A stretch of DNA of 64,000 nt from an uncultured Gammaproteobacteria bacterium. Its GTDB lineage: Bacteria > Patescibacteriota > Patescibacteriia > Magasanikbacterales > UBA922. Below the pieces are notes generated by a model. That model saw nothing but the letters and a program-made list of their open reading frames with translations. It had not been told where the DNA came from and made no database searches. This document shows, piece by piece, positions 8,996-19,181 of the stretch. The translations under genes and the position numbers were made by a program. Every line of letters begins with the position of its first letter. The first letter of the stretch is position 1. The DNA lies in contig CAYSPW010000001.1 of NCBI GenBank assembly GCA_964433095.1, positions 4,296 to 68,295 on the forward strand, given 5' to 3'.

Positions 8996-10300
8996 TTAAT
9001 TTTTTATCCGTCTAATGTTAGCGCCAATTTTTTTTAAGCGATTGGCCAAGTTCTCATAACCGCGTTCTATTACGTAAATATTACGCAATATAGATTCGCC
9101 TTCTGCCGCAATCATACCGATCAACAAAGCCATCGCCGGCCTGATTCCGTCCGGAGCTATCATTTCACGCCCCTTGAGCTCTGTCGGTCCTTCCACAAAT
9201 ACGCGATGCGGGTCAAGCATGGTTACTTTGGCGCCCAGCTTGACAAATTCCAAAAAATATACTGTCCTGTTTTCATATACCCAGTCATGAATCAAAGTTC
9301 TGCCTTCGGCTTGCGTGGCAATAGGTACGAAAAATGGAATATTGTCTATATTAATGCCCGGAAACGGCATGCCGTGTATTTTATCGGGCAATGCTTGTAA
9401 ATCGGAGGGTATAATTTCAATATCAACAATTTTAAATTTACCATTTTTTGACAATCCATGATTCTTTACTTTGAATCGCTGCCTCATCACCTTTAATTTT
9501 TCCAGTTCCAACTCTAAAAACCGCACTGGACAATTTTTAACAGTCAGCCGTGATTTGGTAGTAATGGCCAACGATAAAAAAGCCATTGCTTCCAGCGGAT
9601 CGGGCATAATATGGTAATAATCAACAGCCAGTAAAGAATTAACCCCGTTTATGATTAAGGTACTGGTGCCGATGCCGGAAATATCAGCGCCGGCCGCGTT
9701 TAAAAAATGACATAAATCCTGTACCATGTAGTTGGCGGAAGCGAATTTAATTACCGATTTACCCGGGGCCAAAACCGCTGCCATCAGCGCGTTTTCCGTG
9801 GGCGTGTCTCCGGCTTCGTACATTACCACTTCGGCCGGTTTTAATTTAAAATTTTTGACTGAATAGTAATCTTTTTTTGATTGTATATCAATGCCGAATT
9901 TCTCCAAAGCCAGCAAATGCGGACGCACGGTTCTCAGACCTAATTTGCAACCACCCGACCTGTATAGTTTGTACTGTTTTTCACGTGCCGCGAGAGCACC
10001 AAGCAGCATCAGCGAAGAGCGCACTTTGGCGCATGCTTGTTTGTCAATTTTATCCAATTCCAACCTGCCCGAGCTATCTATTTGCAGCTGATGATCCTTT
10101 AGCCAATTGTATTTTACTCCGATACTGTTTAATATTTCCAAAATTCGGTTTACCTCTTCAATCATAGGCATGTCCTTGAACAAAACCTTGTTTTTTAGCA
10201 TCACCGAAGCACAGAGTATTGCCACCGCTGAGTTTTTAGCGCTGTTTACTTTAATAGAACCGCTTAATCTACACTGGCCACGTACAATAAATTTTGCCAT
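8996..10300 (-). CDS. murA: UDP-N-acetylglucosamine 1-carboxyvinyltransferase
   Basis: MAKFIVRGQCRLSGSIKVNSAKNSAVAIL, 434 aa with EPSP-synthase-like fold signatures. Confidence 0.9.
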   Translation of the reverse strand: MAKFIVRGQCRLSGSIKVNSAKNSAVAILCASVMLKNKVLFKDMPMIEEVNRILEILNSIGVKYNWLKDHQLQIDSSGRLELDKIDKQACAKVRSSLMLLGALAAREKQYKLYRSGGCKLGLRTVRPHLLALEKFGIDIQSKKDYYSVKNFKLKPAEVVMYEAGDTPTENALMAAVLAPGKSVIKFASANYMVQDLCHFLNAAGADISGIGTSTLIINGVNSLLAVDYYHIMPDPLEAMAFLSLAITTKSRLTVKNCPVRFLELELEKLKVMRQRFKVKNHGLSKNGKFKIVDIEIIPSDLQALPDKIHGMPFPGINIDNIPFFVPIATQAEGRTLIHDWVYENRTVYFLEFVKLGAKVTMLDPHRVFVEGPTELKGREMIAPDGIRPAMALLIGMIAAEGESILRNIYVIERGYENLANRLKKIGANIRRIKN

Positions 10301-10393
10301 ACAAATTGAAAAATTCTTGTAAATACGCTATGATTATACAGTAGAAAATCAAAAAAATCAAATACGCGGGAGTTACATATTTATAAAAAAACT

Positions 10394-11719
10394 ATGACCG
10401 AAAAAAATCGCTTAAACAGGCCAATTAGATTAGTAATTATGTTTTTTCTTATCATTCTTTTTTTAATTATTTCTCCTTTGATTATACTCTACACCATGGG
10501 ATATAGATACAATTTCGACAATAAAGAAATTAAAAAAACCGGAGTAATCAGCATTGATGCCGAACCGGATGATGCCTTGGTTTTCGTAAATAATGAATTA
10601 ATAAAAAAAAGCATGCCCATGAGGCTAACCAATATCCCTCCGGGTACATATAACCTCAGAATTGAAAAAAATGGTTATTGGGACTGGAATAAAGATATTA
10701 CGGTTGAAAGTACGAAAACTACCTATATAAAAGAAATTACACTTTTTAAAAAGTCATTGCCGATAAAAATATTTGAACAAATATCGGATGAAATCTTGTT
10801 CATAATGCCGTCAAATGACGGACGCTACATTGTGATGATTATAAAAGAAAATAGTTTTTATGAAGTTGAACTGGTCAACACCGCTACTCAAAGTCGCAAT
10901 CTGATCATGAGAAAAAGCGCTACCGCTCTGCCGGAAATTTCCTGGTCGCCTTATGATAATCATTTTTTGGCAAAAATAGTTGATGATGATATTAGTGAAA
11001 TTCAACTGGTCAACGCCGAAAATCTGGATATGTCACAAACCTATCATTTTATCAATGCTGAAAACTTGACCTACCAGTGGCAAAAAAACAGTTCCGAACC
11101 AACCATATTCATAAACAGAAACAACACAATATACAAAACCTCGGTGAATTATGAAACCGAAATTGCGTTCACCACTTCAAACATCTGGTATATAGATGAA
11201 AAAAATAATCTGTGGCAGGTAAATAACAACGAAAAAAGTCTCTACCGCGATCAAAATAACACATACAACCTGAATGTTCCGATAGAACAGATAATAGATA
11301 TTAATGACAATAGAGCAATATTAAAATGCCAGTCCGGTCATTTGGTCTTTCGTTTTGACAGCGACCAACCCGACCAAATTGTATTACTGCCCACTGAAAA
11401 TCTTTTTTATAATCAGGGAACCCAAGAATGGATCAATTGGTCGGATTTTGAACTTTGGACCATCTACCGACAAGGTTCTTACGAACTACTAAATCGTACC
11501 AGTGAAAAAATTACGTTGGTACGTCCTTTGGACGAATTCGGCTTACTTGCGATAGCCTCTGAAAATTCTATTCTTGGATTTAATCCCGGCTATTATATTA
11601 CTCACGAATTATTCAGTGGAGAAGCCATAGAGGAAATCACCGCCAATAAACAAACACGTAATATTTACTTTTTGGGCAGTGTCGGCCAAAACCATGGATT
11701 ATTTGGGCTGGGGTATTAA
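10394..11719 (+). CDS. PEGA-domain membrane-anchored protein with a C-terminal beta-rich domain
   Basis: N-terminal TM helix. The PEGA motif is ISIDAEPDDALVFVNNELIKKSMPMRLTNIPPGTYNLRIEKNGYWDW. Confidence 0.65.
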   Translation: MTEKNRLNRPIRLVIMFFLIILFLIISPLIILYTMGYRYNFDNKEIKKTGVISIDAEPDDALVFVNNELIKKSMPMRLTNIPPGTYNLRIEKNGYWDWNKDITVESTKTTYIKEITLFKKSLPIKIFEQISDEILFIMPSNDGRYIVMIIKENSFYEVELVNTATQSRNLIMRKSATALPEISWSPYDNHFLAKIVDDDISEIQLVNAENLDMSQTYHFINAENLTYQWQKNSSEPTIFINRNNTIYKTSVNYETEIAFTTSNIWYIDEKNNLWQVNNNEKSLYRDQNNTYNLNVPIEQIIDINDNRAILKCQSGHLVFRFDSDQPDQIVLLPTENLFYNQGTQEWINWSDFELWTIYRQGSYELLNRTSEKITLVRPLDEFGLLAIASENSILGFNPGYYITHELFSGEAIEEITANKQTRNIYFLGSVGQNHGLFGLGY

Positions 11720-11739
11720 AAAATATATTTTTTTAATTG

Positions 11740-12831
11740 TTACAGCTCCAATAAAGTTTTATCCCCTATTATCATGCGCCGGTTTTCAGCTGACTGCTGC
11801 GGCGCTTTTTTAATATTCACCCCTTTGCCGATTAAGCTGCCGCTGATTTTGATACCGCATTCAATGTGGCAATTCTCTAAAATAATAGAGTCGGTAACGG
11901 AGCAATTAATGACCACAGAACCTTGTCCCACAGTCACGTTGGGACCGACTCGGCAATTTTCCAGCCGACAGTTGGCACCGACTATGGACGGGCCAACAAT
12001 TTTCACATTGGATCCGATATGAGCTCCGGCGCCGATTTGTACTTTCCCCCGCACGCTGCTATTTGCTTCGGCCGACAAATTCTCATTAATTGGTCGGTAT
12101 TGCATGTTTCTAAGCAGCAAACGATTGGCAATCAATAAATCATCGGGCTTGCCCGTGTCCTTCCACCAACCGGTAATTTCATTGTATCCAACCACGTGTC
12201 CGTTTTTTAACAAATGAGAGTGAATACTGGAAATTTCATACTCGCCCCGCTCGCTTTTACTGATTTTTTCATAAACTTGAAAAAATAGTCTGGAGCCGTA
12301 CAAATAAATGCCTGTTACCGCGAAATCATTGGGTGGAACTGTCGGTTTTTCCAAAACATCCACCAATTTGTTATTTTTGTCAAATACCGGCACGCCAAAC
12401 CGCTCCGGATCCTTTACCTTGGAAAGCGCCAACATGCAGTCATGTTCCCCGGCATTGAACTCCTCCACCATGGTTTTAATACTGCCCAAAAAAATATTGT
12501 CGGACAAGTAAAACATAAACGGCTCGTCCTTAATGAATTTTTCCGCTTGTTTGACCACATGTGCTATGCCTTGCGGGCCTCCGACTTGTTCAAAAAAAGT
12601 GATATTGACCCCCCAATACCCTCCGTCGCCGACATATTTCTGTAGCTCGGTTTCACCCGGGTTGGTATTGATGAAAATCTGATTAATTCCGGCTTCCACC
12701 ACTTTTTCAATGGCATGAAATATCATCGGCTTATTGGCAAGCGGCAGCAAATGCTTGTTTATGGTTGTGGTAATGGGATGCAAGCGCGTAGCTCTGCCGC
12801 CTCCGGTTAAAATCGCTTTTCTAATTTTCAT
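11740..12831 (-). CDS. sugar-1-phosphate nucleotidylyltransferase, long form (glucose-1-phosphate thymidylyltransferase-like) with C-terminal left-handed beta-helix
   Basis: N-terminal ILTGGGRATRLHPITTTINKHLLPLANKPMI, and C-terminal hexapeptide repeats. Confidence 0.8.
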   Translation of the reverse strand: MKIRKAILTGGGRATRLHPITTTINKHLLPLANKPMIFHAIEKVVEAGINQIFINTNPGETELQKYVGDGGYWGVNITFFEQVGGPQGIAHVVKQAEKFIKDEPFMFYLSDNIFLGSIKTMVEEFNAGEHDCMLALSKVKDPERFGVPVFDKNNKLVDVLEKPTVPPNDFAVTGIYLYGSRLFFQVYEKISKSERGEYEISSIHSHLLKNGHVVGYNEITGWWKDTGKPDDLLIANRLLLRNMQYRPINENLSAEANSSVRGKVQIGAGAHIGSNVKIVGPSIVGANCRLENCRVGPNVTVGQGSVVINCSVTDSIILENCHIECGIKISGSLIGKGVNIKKAPQQSAENRRMIIGDKTLLEL

Positions 12832-12847
12832 ACGTATTAAAAATTTT

Positions 12848-13969
12848 TTACCATTGAATTAAACCCTTAACCACCACCCGGTGGTAGGCTTTCATTATCG
12901 GATTACCGATCTTGTTAAGTATTGGATTATTCATTTCTTTTTCCTGAAACATTACCACCGCACCGGCTTTTTTAAGCAAATCGCGATCTTTCACTTGCTT
13001 CATTTTCTGAATTTTCTTTCGTTTTTTAAGCCACAATTTCCAATGCGCCGGCCGCAGCCAATATTTGTATACTTGTATTCTTTGCTTTGAATATCCATTT
13101 TTATACGCAAAATACCACAATCCGACTTCCAAAGCCAACCCAATCGGTAATAGGAGCAACAAGGTGGGAATTTTAAAATACATCAGCATAACGGCGTGCC
13201 TGTTTCTCTCCATCCAATAATACTTTTCAATACTGCGAGCAAAACGATATTTATGATAAAAAATGGAATCGCTCACCAATTTTATATCATATCCGGCCGA
13301 ACGCAAGCGAAAAGACAGCTCCATATCTTCATGATACATAAAAAAATCTTTATCCAGGCCGCCCAACTCTTTAATCAAATCAAGCCTGAGCATCATAGCC
13401 GCGCCGCTGGCATAATCAATATCCTTAATTGACGACAACTCCACGCTTTTAAAATCATTGCGATAATCATTGCAAAAACCAAAACCAAGATAGTGAAAAG
13501 TATTGCCGCTGCTGTTGATATAGTCGGTATCGGGATAAAGCAGCATCAGGCTTTGCGCCGCTCCGATGGTTTTATCGCTTTGCATCTGCCGCACCAGCGG
13601 CTCAAGAGCGTTGGAAGATAAAAATCCATCATTATTGTGAAAAAAAGCATAATCAAAATCATTATCCATGGCCCAGCGCAAGCCGCTATTGTTGCCTTTG
13701 GCAAAACCAACATTCTCGGATTGGTTAATCAAGGTGACATGCGGCAATTCTTTGCCTGAAAGAGGCATCACGTTTTCATCAATGTGACGCGCAAAAGAAC
13801 CGAGCTCGGGGTGTGGATTATTGACAATCACCAGCTCCAATCTGTGCTTGGGATAGTCAATCTTTTTTATAGCTGAAACGGCGTCGTCAACGTAGGACTC
13901 CGAATGGTAGTACAAAAGATAGATAATGGCTATTTTAGGATATTTCTCCATAGTATTTATGTCTGCCAC
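12848..13969 (-). CDS. glycosyltransferase family 2
   Basis: GT2 fold with DxD-type motifs (NNDGFL) and a C-terminal membrane-associated extension. Confidence 0.7.
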   Translation of the reverse strand: MADINTMEKYPKIAIIYLLYYHSESYVDDAVSAIKKIDYPKHRLELVIVNNPHPELGSFARHIDENVMPLSGKELPHVTLINQSENVGFAKGNNSGLRWAMDNDFDYAFFHNNDGFLSSNALEPLVRQMQSDKTIGAAQSLMLLYPDTDYINSSGNTFHYLGFGFCNDYRNDFKSVELSSIKDIDYASGAAMMLRLDLIKELGGLDKDFFMYHEDMELSFRLRSAGYDIKLVSDSIFYHKYRFARSIEKYYWMERNRHAVMLMYFKIPTLLLLLPIGLALEVGLWYFAYKNGYSKQRIQVYKYWLRPAHWKLWLKKRKKIQKMKQVKDRDLLKKAGAVVMFQEKEMNNPILNKIGNPIMKAYHRVVVKGLIQW

Positions 13970-14780
13970 GCCACTTCCACAGATATTTCAACCAGCTGTA
14001 TAAATGAATTCTGGCGTTTTTATTACAAAGAAGCGCGCGCGCGATGCCGGGTATGCGCGATGATTCCCTGGCATGCCGATGCTTTATCACTATATCATGC
14101 ACGTAATATACGGGCCAACCTTTTTCCCACATCATTTTGCACCAGTCACAATCTTCCATATAGGCGAAATAACGATCATCAAACCATCCGATATCTTCCA
14201 CCACTTCATGTCTTACTACCAAAGCCGCGCCCAGCAACCAATCAACCGGCCTGGTTACTTGGTGATCAAAATCTTTCATGAGCATCTTGTCGCTTAATTT
14301 TCTCGCCCAATTCCATCTTTTATTCACGCGCAAATGCCTGATTGGTTTTATAAGAATTGACGGCAAGTCAAATCTATAACATGAATACTGCAAACTGCCG
14401 TCGATATTGAGCAACTTCGGTCCGATACAACCGATCTGCGGATTTTTATCCATGAATTTTACAATTTTTTCAATGATGTTTTTCCCGGGCTGTAAAAAAG
14501 TATCGCGATTGAGAGCAAAATAGTAGCGGGCAGGAGTAATTTGAAAACCATAAGTATTTGCTCGACCAAATCCGATATTCGTACCCGGATCAAGATAGCA
14601 CACCATAGGATATTTTTCAAATAAAGCCTGCTTTATGTTGTCGGCATTGCATGAATTATCCACTACCGTCACCCGCAGTTTTAAATTGCTGCCGCGCGTG
14701 TCATTAATAATAGACTCAACCGCGCTGAGAATGTCATTTTTCATCATTAAATTTACCAGCACTATTGTTATATCTTTCAT
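13935..14780 (-). CDS. glycosyltransferase family 2
   Basis: ITIVLVNLMMKNDILSAVESI...VVDNSC, typical GT2 N-terminus. Confidence 0.7.
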   Translation of the reverse strand: MKDITIVLVNLMMKNDILSAVESIINDTRGSNLKLRVTVVDNSCNADNIKQALFEKYPMVCYLDPGTNIGFGRANTYGFQITPARYYFALNRDTFLQPGKNIIEKIVKFMDKNPQIGCIGPKLLNIDGSLQYSCYRFDLPSILIKPIRHLRVNKRWNWARKLSDKMLMKDFDHQVTRPVDWLLGAALVVRHEVVEDIGWFDDRYFAYMEDCDWCKMMWEKGWPVYYVHDIVIKHRHARESSRIPGIARALLCNKNARIHLYSWLKYLWKWRGRHKYYGEIS

Positions 14781-14783
14781 AAA

Positions 14784-15854
14784 TTATTTCCACCAAGTTC
14801 TAATTTCGCGCCACTTTAATATTCTCCTTTTTTTTATAAACAAACGTTTTTTCTTGATTGAATGCCTGTTATCATATAATTCACTTAACGCCTTTAGTGT
14901 TTGTTTGTCAAAAAAAAGGAACCAGATAATTTTCCTTACTTCGTATAGAAAAATCCAAGGAGCGTCAAGCAGTAAATTCTGCCAATACTCGTTTTTATAC
15001 AATGTTGACAAATGATTACGATAGCTGAAATACCTTACCAACGCCGGCTGAGTTAGCTTTTGCCGGCCGATACTTTGTCTATCCGGACCGAATACGCTGC
15101 GGTCGTGATACGCAACCGTATCAAGCAATACAAACGACTTCAAGCCATGTGAGCGCATGCGGAAAGCCAAATCAACATCCTCTTTATAGTTTTGATATGA
15201 CTGATCAAACAAATTGCCATTTTCAAACACCACCTCGTCAACTTTGCTCTTTTTGTAAATGGCCAATGCGCCACTCAGACCAAAAATTTCTATCGCTTTT
15301 TTACTGCGCAACATTCCGATTTGCTTGTTTTTGGATTGATTGGACCACAGCTCGCCTGACAGCCAGTCCACCACTCTCCTGCTTCGATATACTTTCAATC
15401 CCAAACTGTCAATAGTACAAGTAAAAGTATCCAAAAAATTGCTCTTTCGACTATTCTTCACTTGTCTTAAAGCCTGATAATCCCAGACCGACAAGCGTGG
15501 AGCGGCCGCGCTTACATCCGGCCTGTTATCCATAAATTTAACCAAATTTTTAAAACAGTCCGGAGATAAAAAAATATCTTGATTTAAAATCACACAATAT
15601 TTGCTTGTGCTTTTTTTAAACAACTGGTTATGGCCGCCGGAAAAACCAATATTGTCACTATTTTCAAACAATTGATGGTGAACAAATAGTGTATTCAATT
15701 CTCTTTCCATTATTTTGACAGTGTCATCACCGGAATGATTATCCCATATCAACAGCTTCCAATCCTGAAAGCTCTGCCTTCTCAGACTTTCAAAAAGATA
15801 GGGGATATATTTTGCCCCATTGAACGTAACCAAATTGACGCAAAGCTTTGACAT
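14784..15854 (-). CDS. glycosyltransferase family 2
   Basis: KLCVNLVTFNGAKYIPYLFESLRRQSFQDWKLLIWDNHSGDDT, GT2 N-terminal motif. Confidence 0.7.
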   Translation of the reverse strand: MSKLCVNLVTFNGAKYIPYLFESLRRQSFQDWKLLIWDNHSGDDTVKIMERELNTLFVHHQLFENSDNIGFSGGHNQLFKKSTSKYCVILNQDIFLSPDCFKNLVKFMDNRPDVSAAAPRLSVWDYQALRQVKNSRKSNFLDTFTCTIDSLGLKVYRSRRVVDWLSGELWSNQSKNKQIGMLRSKKAIEIFGLSGALAIYKKSKVDEVVFENGNLFDQSYQNYKEDVDLAFRMRSHGLKSFVLLDTVAYHDRSVFGPDRQSIGRQKLTQPALVRYFSYRNHLSTLYKNEYWQNLLLDAPWIFLYEVRKIIWFLFFDKQTLKALSELYDNRHSIKKKRLFIKKRRILKWREIRTWWK

Positions 15855-15855
15855 A

Positions 15856-16710
15856 TCACTTATCGCGCTTTATTAAACTCAGTGCCAAGCCGACCGGCCG
15901 AAACACGGACAGCAAAACCCACTTGTACCACGGATCCCATTTCTTAAAATATTTAATCATACTGGCGGTAAATATTTTTTGTTTCCATAAATTTTTTCTT
16001 TTAGCGAAACTGCGGCCAACATAGTCGCGCGCTGAAATTTCTGGATAATACACCACTTCATACCCCAAAATTCTTGCTTCACGGCATAAATCCACATCTT
16101 CAAACCACAAAAAATACCGCGGATCAAAAGCCCGGCCAAGACGCTTACAAATATCGCTCCTCACCAACATGAAAGCACCGCGCACGCTGTCCACTATTTG
16201 TATTTTATCCGGCGACATTGAGCGCATCAAGTAACCGCGCATGACACGCGGAAACAAATGATGGATCTTTAGAATAAGTAAAATCATTTCCCAGGCCTTG
16301 GGAAATCTTCTTGGCCCGGCTAGATAATTATATCGGCCATTTTGATCCAGCAATTTACATCCGGCTATACCGATGTTGGCGTGATCGTCCATCCAATCAA
16401 GCATTTTTTTTAGGTTGTTTGCCGTCAAATGCGTGTCCGGATTGAGAAAAAGCAAATACTCGCCTTTCGCCCGGTCCAAAGCTTGGTTATTGGCCGCGGC
16501 AAAACCCATGTTTTTTTTATTAATAATCAATTTTACTTGCGGAAAATTATTCTGAATGGTTGCGACCGTTTGATCCTGAGAGCCGTTGTCCACCACAATT
16601 TGTTCAAATTTTATGCCTTGACATGCCAAAAAAACCGAACTGAGCTGTTCCGCTATAAATTGGTCGCTATTCCACGCCACTGTAATCACGCTTAACTTCA
16701 TAGGGTTCAT
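15856..16710 (-). CDS. glycosyltransferase family 2
   Basis: LSVITVAWNSDQFIAEQLSSV...VVDNGSQD, GT2. Confidence 0.75.
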   Translation of the reverse strand: MNPMKLSVITVAWNSDQFIAEQLSSVFLACQGIKFEQIVVDNGSQDQTVATIQNNFPQVKLIINKKNMGFAAANNQALDRAKGEYLLFLNPDTHLTANNLKKMLDWMDDHANIGIAGCKLLDQNGRYNYLAGPRRFPKAWEMILLILKIHHLFPRVMRGYLMRSMSPDKIQIVDSVRGAFMLVRSDICKRLGRAFDPRYFLWFEDVDLCREARILGYEVVYYPEISARDYVGRSFAKRKNLWKQKIFTASMIKYFKKWDPWYKWVLLSVFRPVGLALSLIKRDK

Positions 16711-16750
16711 TTAATGTAGTTTAGATTAAATTTATTTGTAAATCAAGTAC

Positions 16751-16773
16751 AAAAAATTGGCCGTGGAATGGCC
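16751..16773 (-). terminator. intrinsic terminator downstream of the rmlB-rmlD operon
   Basis: On the minus strand, GGCCATTCCACGGCC hairpin followed by AATTTTTT. Confidence 0.4.
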
Positions 16774-16815
16774 GTAAAAAACACCGGTCTCGGATCAGCA
16801 CATATTATCCCGCTC

Positions 16816-17673
16816 TCATGCATCCGAATTATCCGCGTCATTCTTTAAGCGTGAGTATTTTCGCATGACATCTTCCAATGCCAGATGCACTTCGCGCATC
16901 TGAATTCCCAAGCGCCGCAAACTATCCGAACGCAACAGATTATTGGAACGCTTTTTTTTGGCCATCCCCTGCTTAACCAGCTGCGTTTCATCTACCCACT
17001 CGATTTGCAAATCCGAATCAACATATTTTTTGTATAAATCAATAATCTCGCGATGTCGCAACACCCCGGGATTGGTAACATGAAAAATCCCATCGACCCG
17101 CTTTTGCATCAGTTGATAAAACACACCAATCATGTCTTGTATAACTGTAACCGAATTTTCCACGTCCACCACCTTGTCAAAGCCGGCCAGCTTATCAATC
17201 ATATTGGCCTCGCTCGGAATGTGATCAATTGGCATTCTAATGCGTCCGATACCCACTCCGGGCAAGGTGCTTAAAACTAAATCGGCCGCCCATTTGGAAC
17301 GTGAATATACGGCTACTGGATTGGCATAATCGTTCTCGCGCCACTTTTTATCCTCATACGGCGAATCGCCATAAAACACGCAACCGGACCCGATATGAAG
17401 CAGGTATACACCGCGCTGATTACAAGCTTTGGCGATTAACAAGGGCAATATGGTGTTACCTTCAATGGTTTGCATTTGATGCGCTTCGCACCAATCCACG
17501 TTTGGCCTTCCTCTCACTCCGGCGGCGTTTAATACGGCGTCGGGTCGGTATTGATCGATTAGGTCCAGAACATCTTCGCTGCTGTTAATTTTTTTTGCAC
17601 TCAGCTCGGCTTCAGGCCATGATTCGGCACAGCGACGGCCGATGTACCCATTTCCAATAATTAATATTTTCAT
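16816..17673 (-). CDS. rmlD: dTDP-4-dehydrorhamnose reductase-like NAD(P)-dependent epimerase/reductase
   Basis: MKILIIGNGYIGRR Rossmann N-terminus, 285 aa, adjacent to rmlB. Confidence 0.75.
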   Translation of the reverse strand: MKILIIGNGYIGRRCAESWPEAELSAKKINSSEDVLDLIDQYRPDAVLNAAGVRGRPNVDWCEAHQMQTIEGNTILPLLIAKACNQRGVYLLHIGSGCVFYGDSPYEDKKWRENDYANPVAVYSRSKWAADLVLSTLPGVGIGRIRMPIDHIPSEANMIDKLAGFDKVVDVENSVTVIQDMIGVFYQLMQKRVDGIFHVTNPGVLRHREIIDLYKKYVDSDLQIEWVDETQLVKQGMAKKKRSNNLLRSDSLRRLGIQMREVHLALEDVMRKYSRLKNDADNSDA

Positions 17674-17676
17674 AAA

Positions 17677-18720
17677 TCATCTTTCAATATATTGTTTAAC
17701 ATAATAATCTTGATATTGCCCGTTTTTTACTTCTTTTACCCAGTCGGAATTATTCAGATACCAATCCACAGTGCACCTGAGACCGTCATCAAGCTCTACT
17801 GCGGGCTCCCAATCCAATTCATCCGCTATTTTACCATAATCAATTGAATAACGCCGATCATGTCCCGGTCGGTCTTTGACATACTCTATCATGTTTTCAT
17901 CCTTATCCATTAGTTGAATTATTTTTTTAGTCAGCTGCAAATTGCTGATTTCCGAATTTTTTCCGCCTACGCAATAAGTTTCTCCGATCTTGCCTCTATG
18001 AATTATTACATCAACCGCGCGGGAATGATCATCCACGTGTATCCAATCCCTGATCTGCGCTCCGTCTCCGTACACCGGCACTTTCTTATTTTCAGTCAAA
18101 TTGGTTATAAACAAAGGGATGATTTTCTCCGGAAACTGATACGGACCGTAATTGTTGGAGCAATTGGAAATGGTGGCCGGAATTTGATAGGTATGATAAT
18201 ACGCTCGCACCAAGTGATCTGCCGCCGCCTTGGAGGCGGAATAAGGATTGCGCGGATAGTAGGCGGCGCGTTCGTTAAAAGAAGGATCATCCGCGGCCAA
18301 AGCTCCGAACACCTCATCAGTGGATATGTGATGAAATCTTGTTTGATGATACCTGACCGCATCCAGTAGTACTTGTGTTCCGAGCACGTTTGTTAACACA
18401 AACGCGGAACTGTCCATTATGGAGCGATCCACGTGGGTTTCGGCAGCGTAATTTATCACCATATCGGCCTGTTTGACCAAATTAAAAACCAAATCACTAT
18501 CACATATATCACCCTTTATAAATTGGTAGTTGGCGTTATTTTCCACCGATTTCAGATTCTTCAAGTTGGCCGCGTAAGTAAGTTTATCCAAATTCATCAC
18601 CGAGTAGTCGGGGTATTTTTTCATTATGTAGAGTATAAAATTAGAGCCGATGAATCCGGCACCGCCACAAACCAATATTTTCATACAATCATGTGGTATT
18701 AAAAAAAATATCCTACGCAA
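17677..18720 (-). CDS. rmlB: dTDP-glucose 4,6-dehydratase
   Basis: MKILVCGGAGFIGSNF, and the YSASKAAADH catalytic YxxxK. Confidence 0.9.
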   Translation of the reverse strand: MRRIFFLIPHDCMKILVCGGAGFIGSNFILYIMKKYPDYSVMNLDKLTYAANLKNLKSVENNANYQFIKGDICDSDLVFNLVKQADMVINYAAETHVDRSIMDSSAFVLTNVLGTQVLLDAVRYHQTRFHHISTDEVFGALAADDPSFNERAAYYPRNPYSASKAAADHLVRAYYHTYQIPATISNCSNNYGPYQFPEKIIPLFITNLTENKKVPVYGDGAQIRDWIHVDDHSRAVDVIIHRGKIGETYCVGGKNSEISNLQLTKKIIQLMDKDENMIEYVKDRPGHDRRYSIDYGKIADELDWEPAVELDDGLRCTVDWYLNNSDWVKEVKNGQYQDYYVKQYIER

Positions 18721-18768
18721 GACATATTTGAGTATACCAGCATTAATGGCGGCAGTAAAGTAAAAAGC

Positions 18769-19173
18769 TCAAGCCACAATATATTCAAAATCATCGCCAG
18801 AACGCAAACGGCGATTGCTGAACATTACCAACACCGCTTTATCCAGTCCGATGTTTTTGGTGGCCAGCGATACCAATGGTGGAATGTGTAGTACCTGCCT
18901 ACTCGGCCGCACTTTCACCTCCGCCCTTTTTTTGGTTTTTATATGCTCAAATATGGCCAAAACCGATCCTGTTTCAACATAAAGCATTAAATAGGTATCT
19001 CTATGATAATAATTACCGGTCACCACTCCTGGTTCCATCAATAATCTGGAAATATATACTCCGCCCACTTTTACGGTGTTCAAAATCCGCCCGCTTTTTC
19101 TCTCATCCGGAATAAAGTTAAACACCTTAATAAAATGGTGCCTTTTGCTTGTATTTTTTTTATTCGCAGGCAT
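18769..19173 (-). CDS. WxcM/FdtA-like cupin (putative dTDP-4-keto-6-deoxyhexose 3,4-ketoisomerase or epimerase)
   Basis: 134-aa cupin with FIPDERKSGRIL...YYHRDTYLMLYVETGSV. It lies in the operon with rmlB/rmlD. No canonical RmlC is present. Confidence 0.45.
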   Translation of the reverse strand: MPANKKNTSKRHHFIKVFNFIPDERKSGRILNTVKVGGVYISRLLMEPGVVTGNYYHRDTYLMLYVETGSVLAIFEHIKTKKRAEVKVRPSRQVLHIPPLVSLATKNIGLDKAVLVMFSNRRLRSGDDFEYIVA

Positions 19174-19181
19174 ATTTTACA

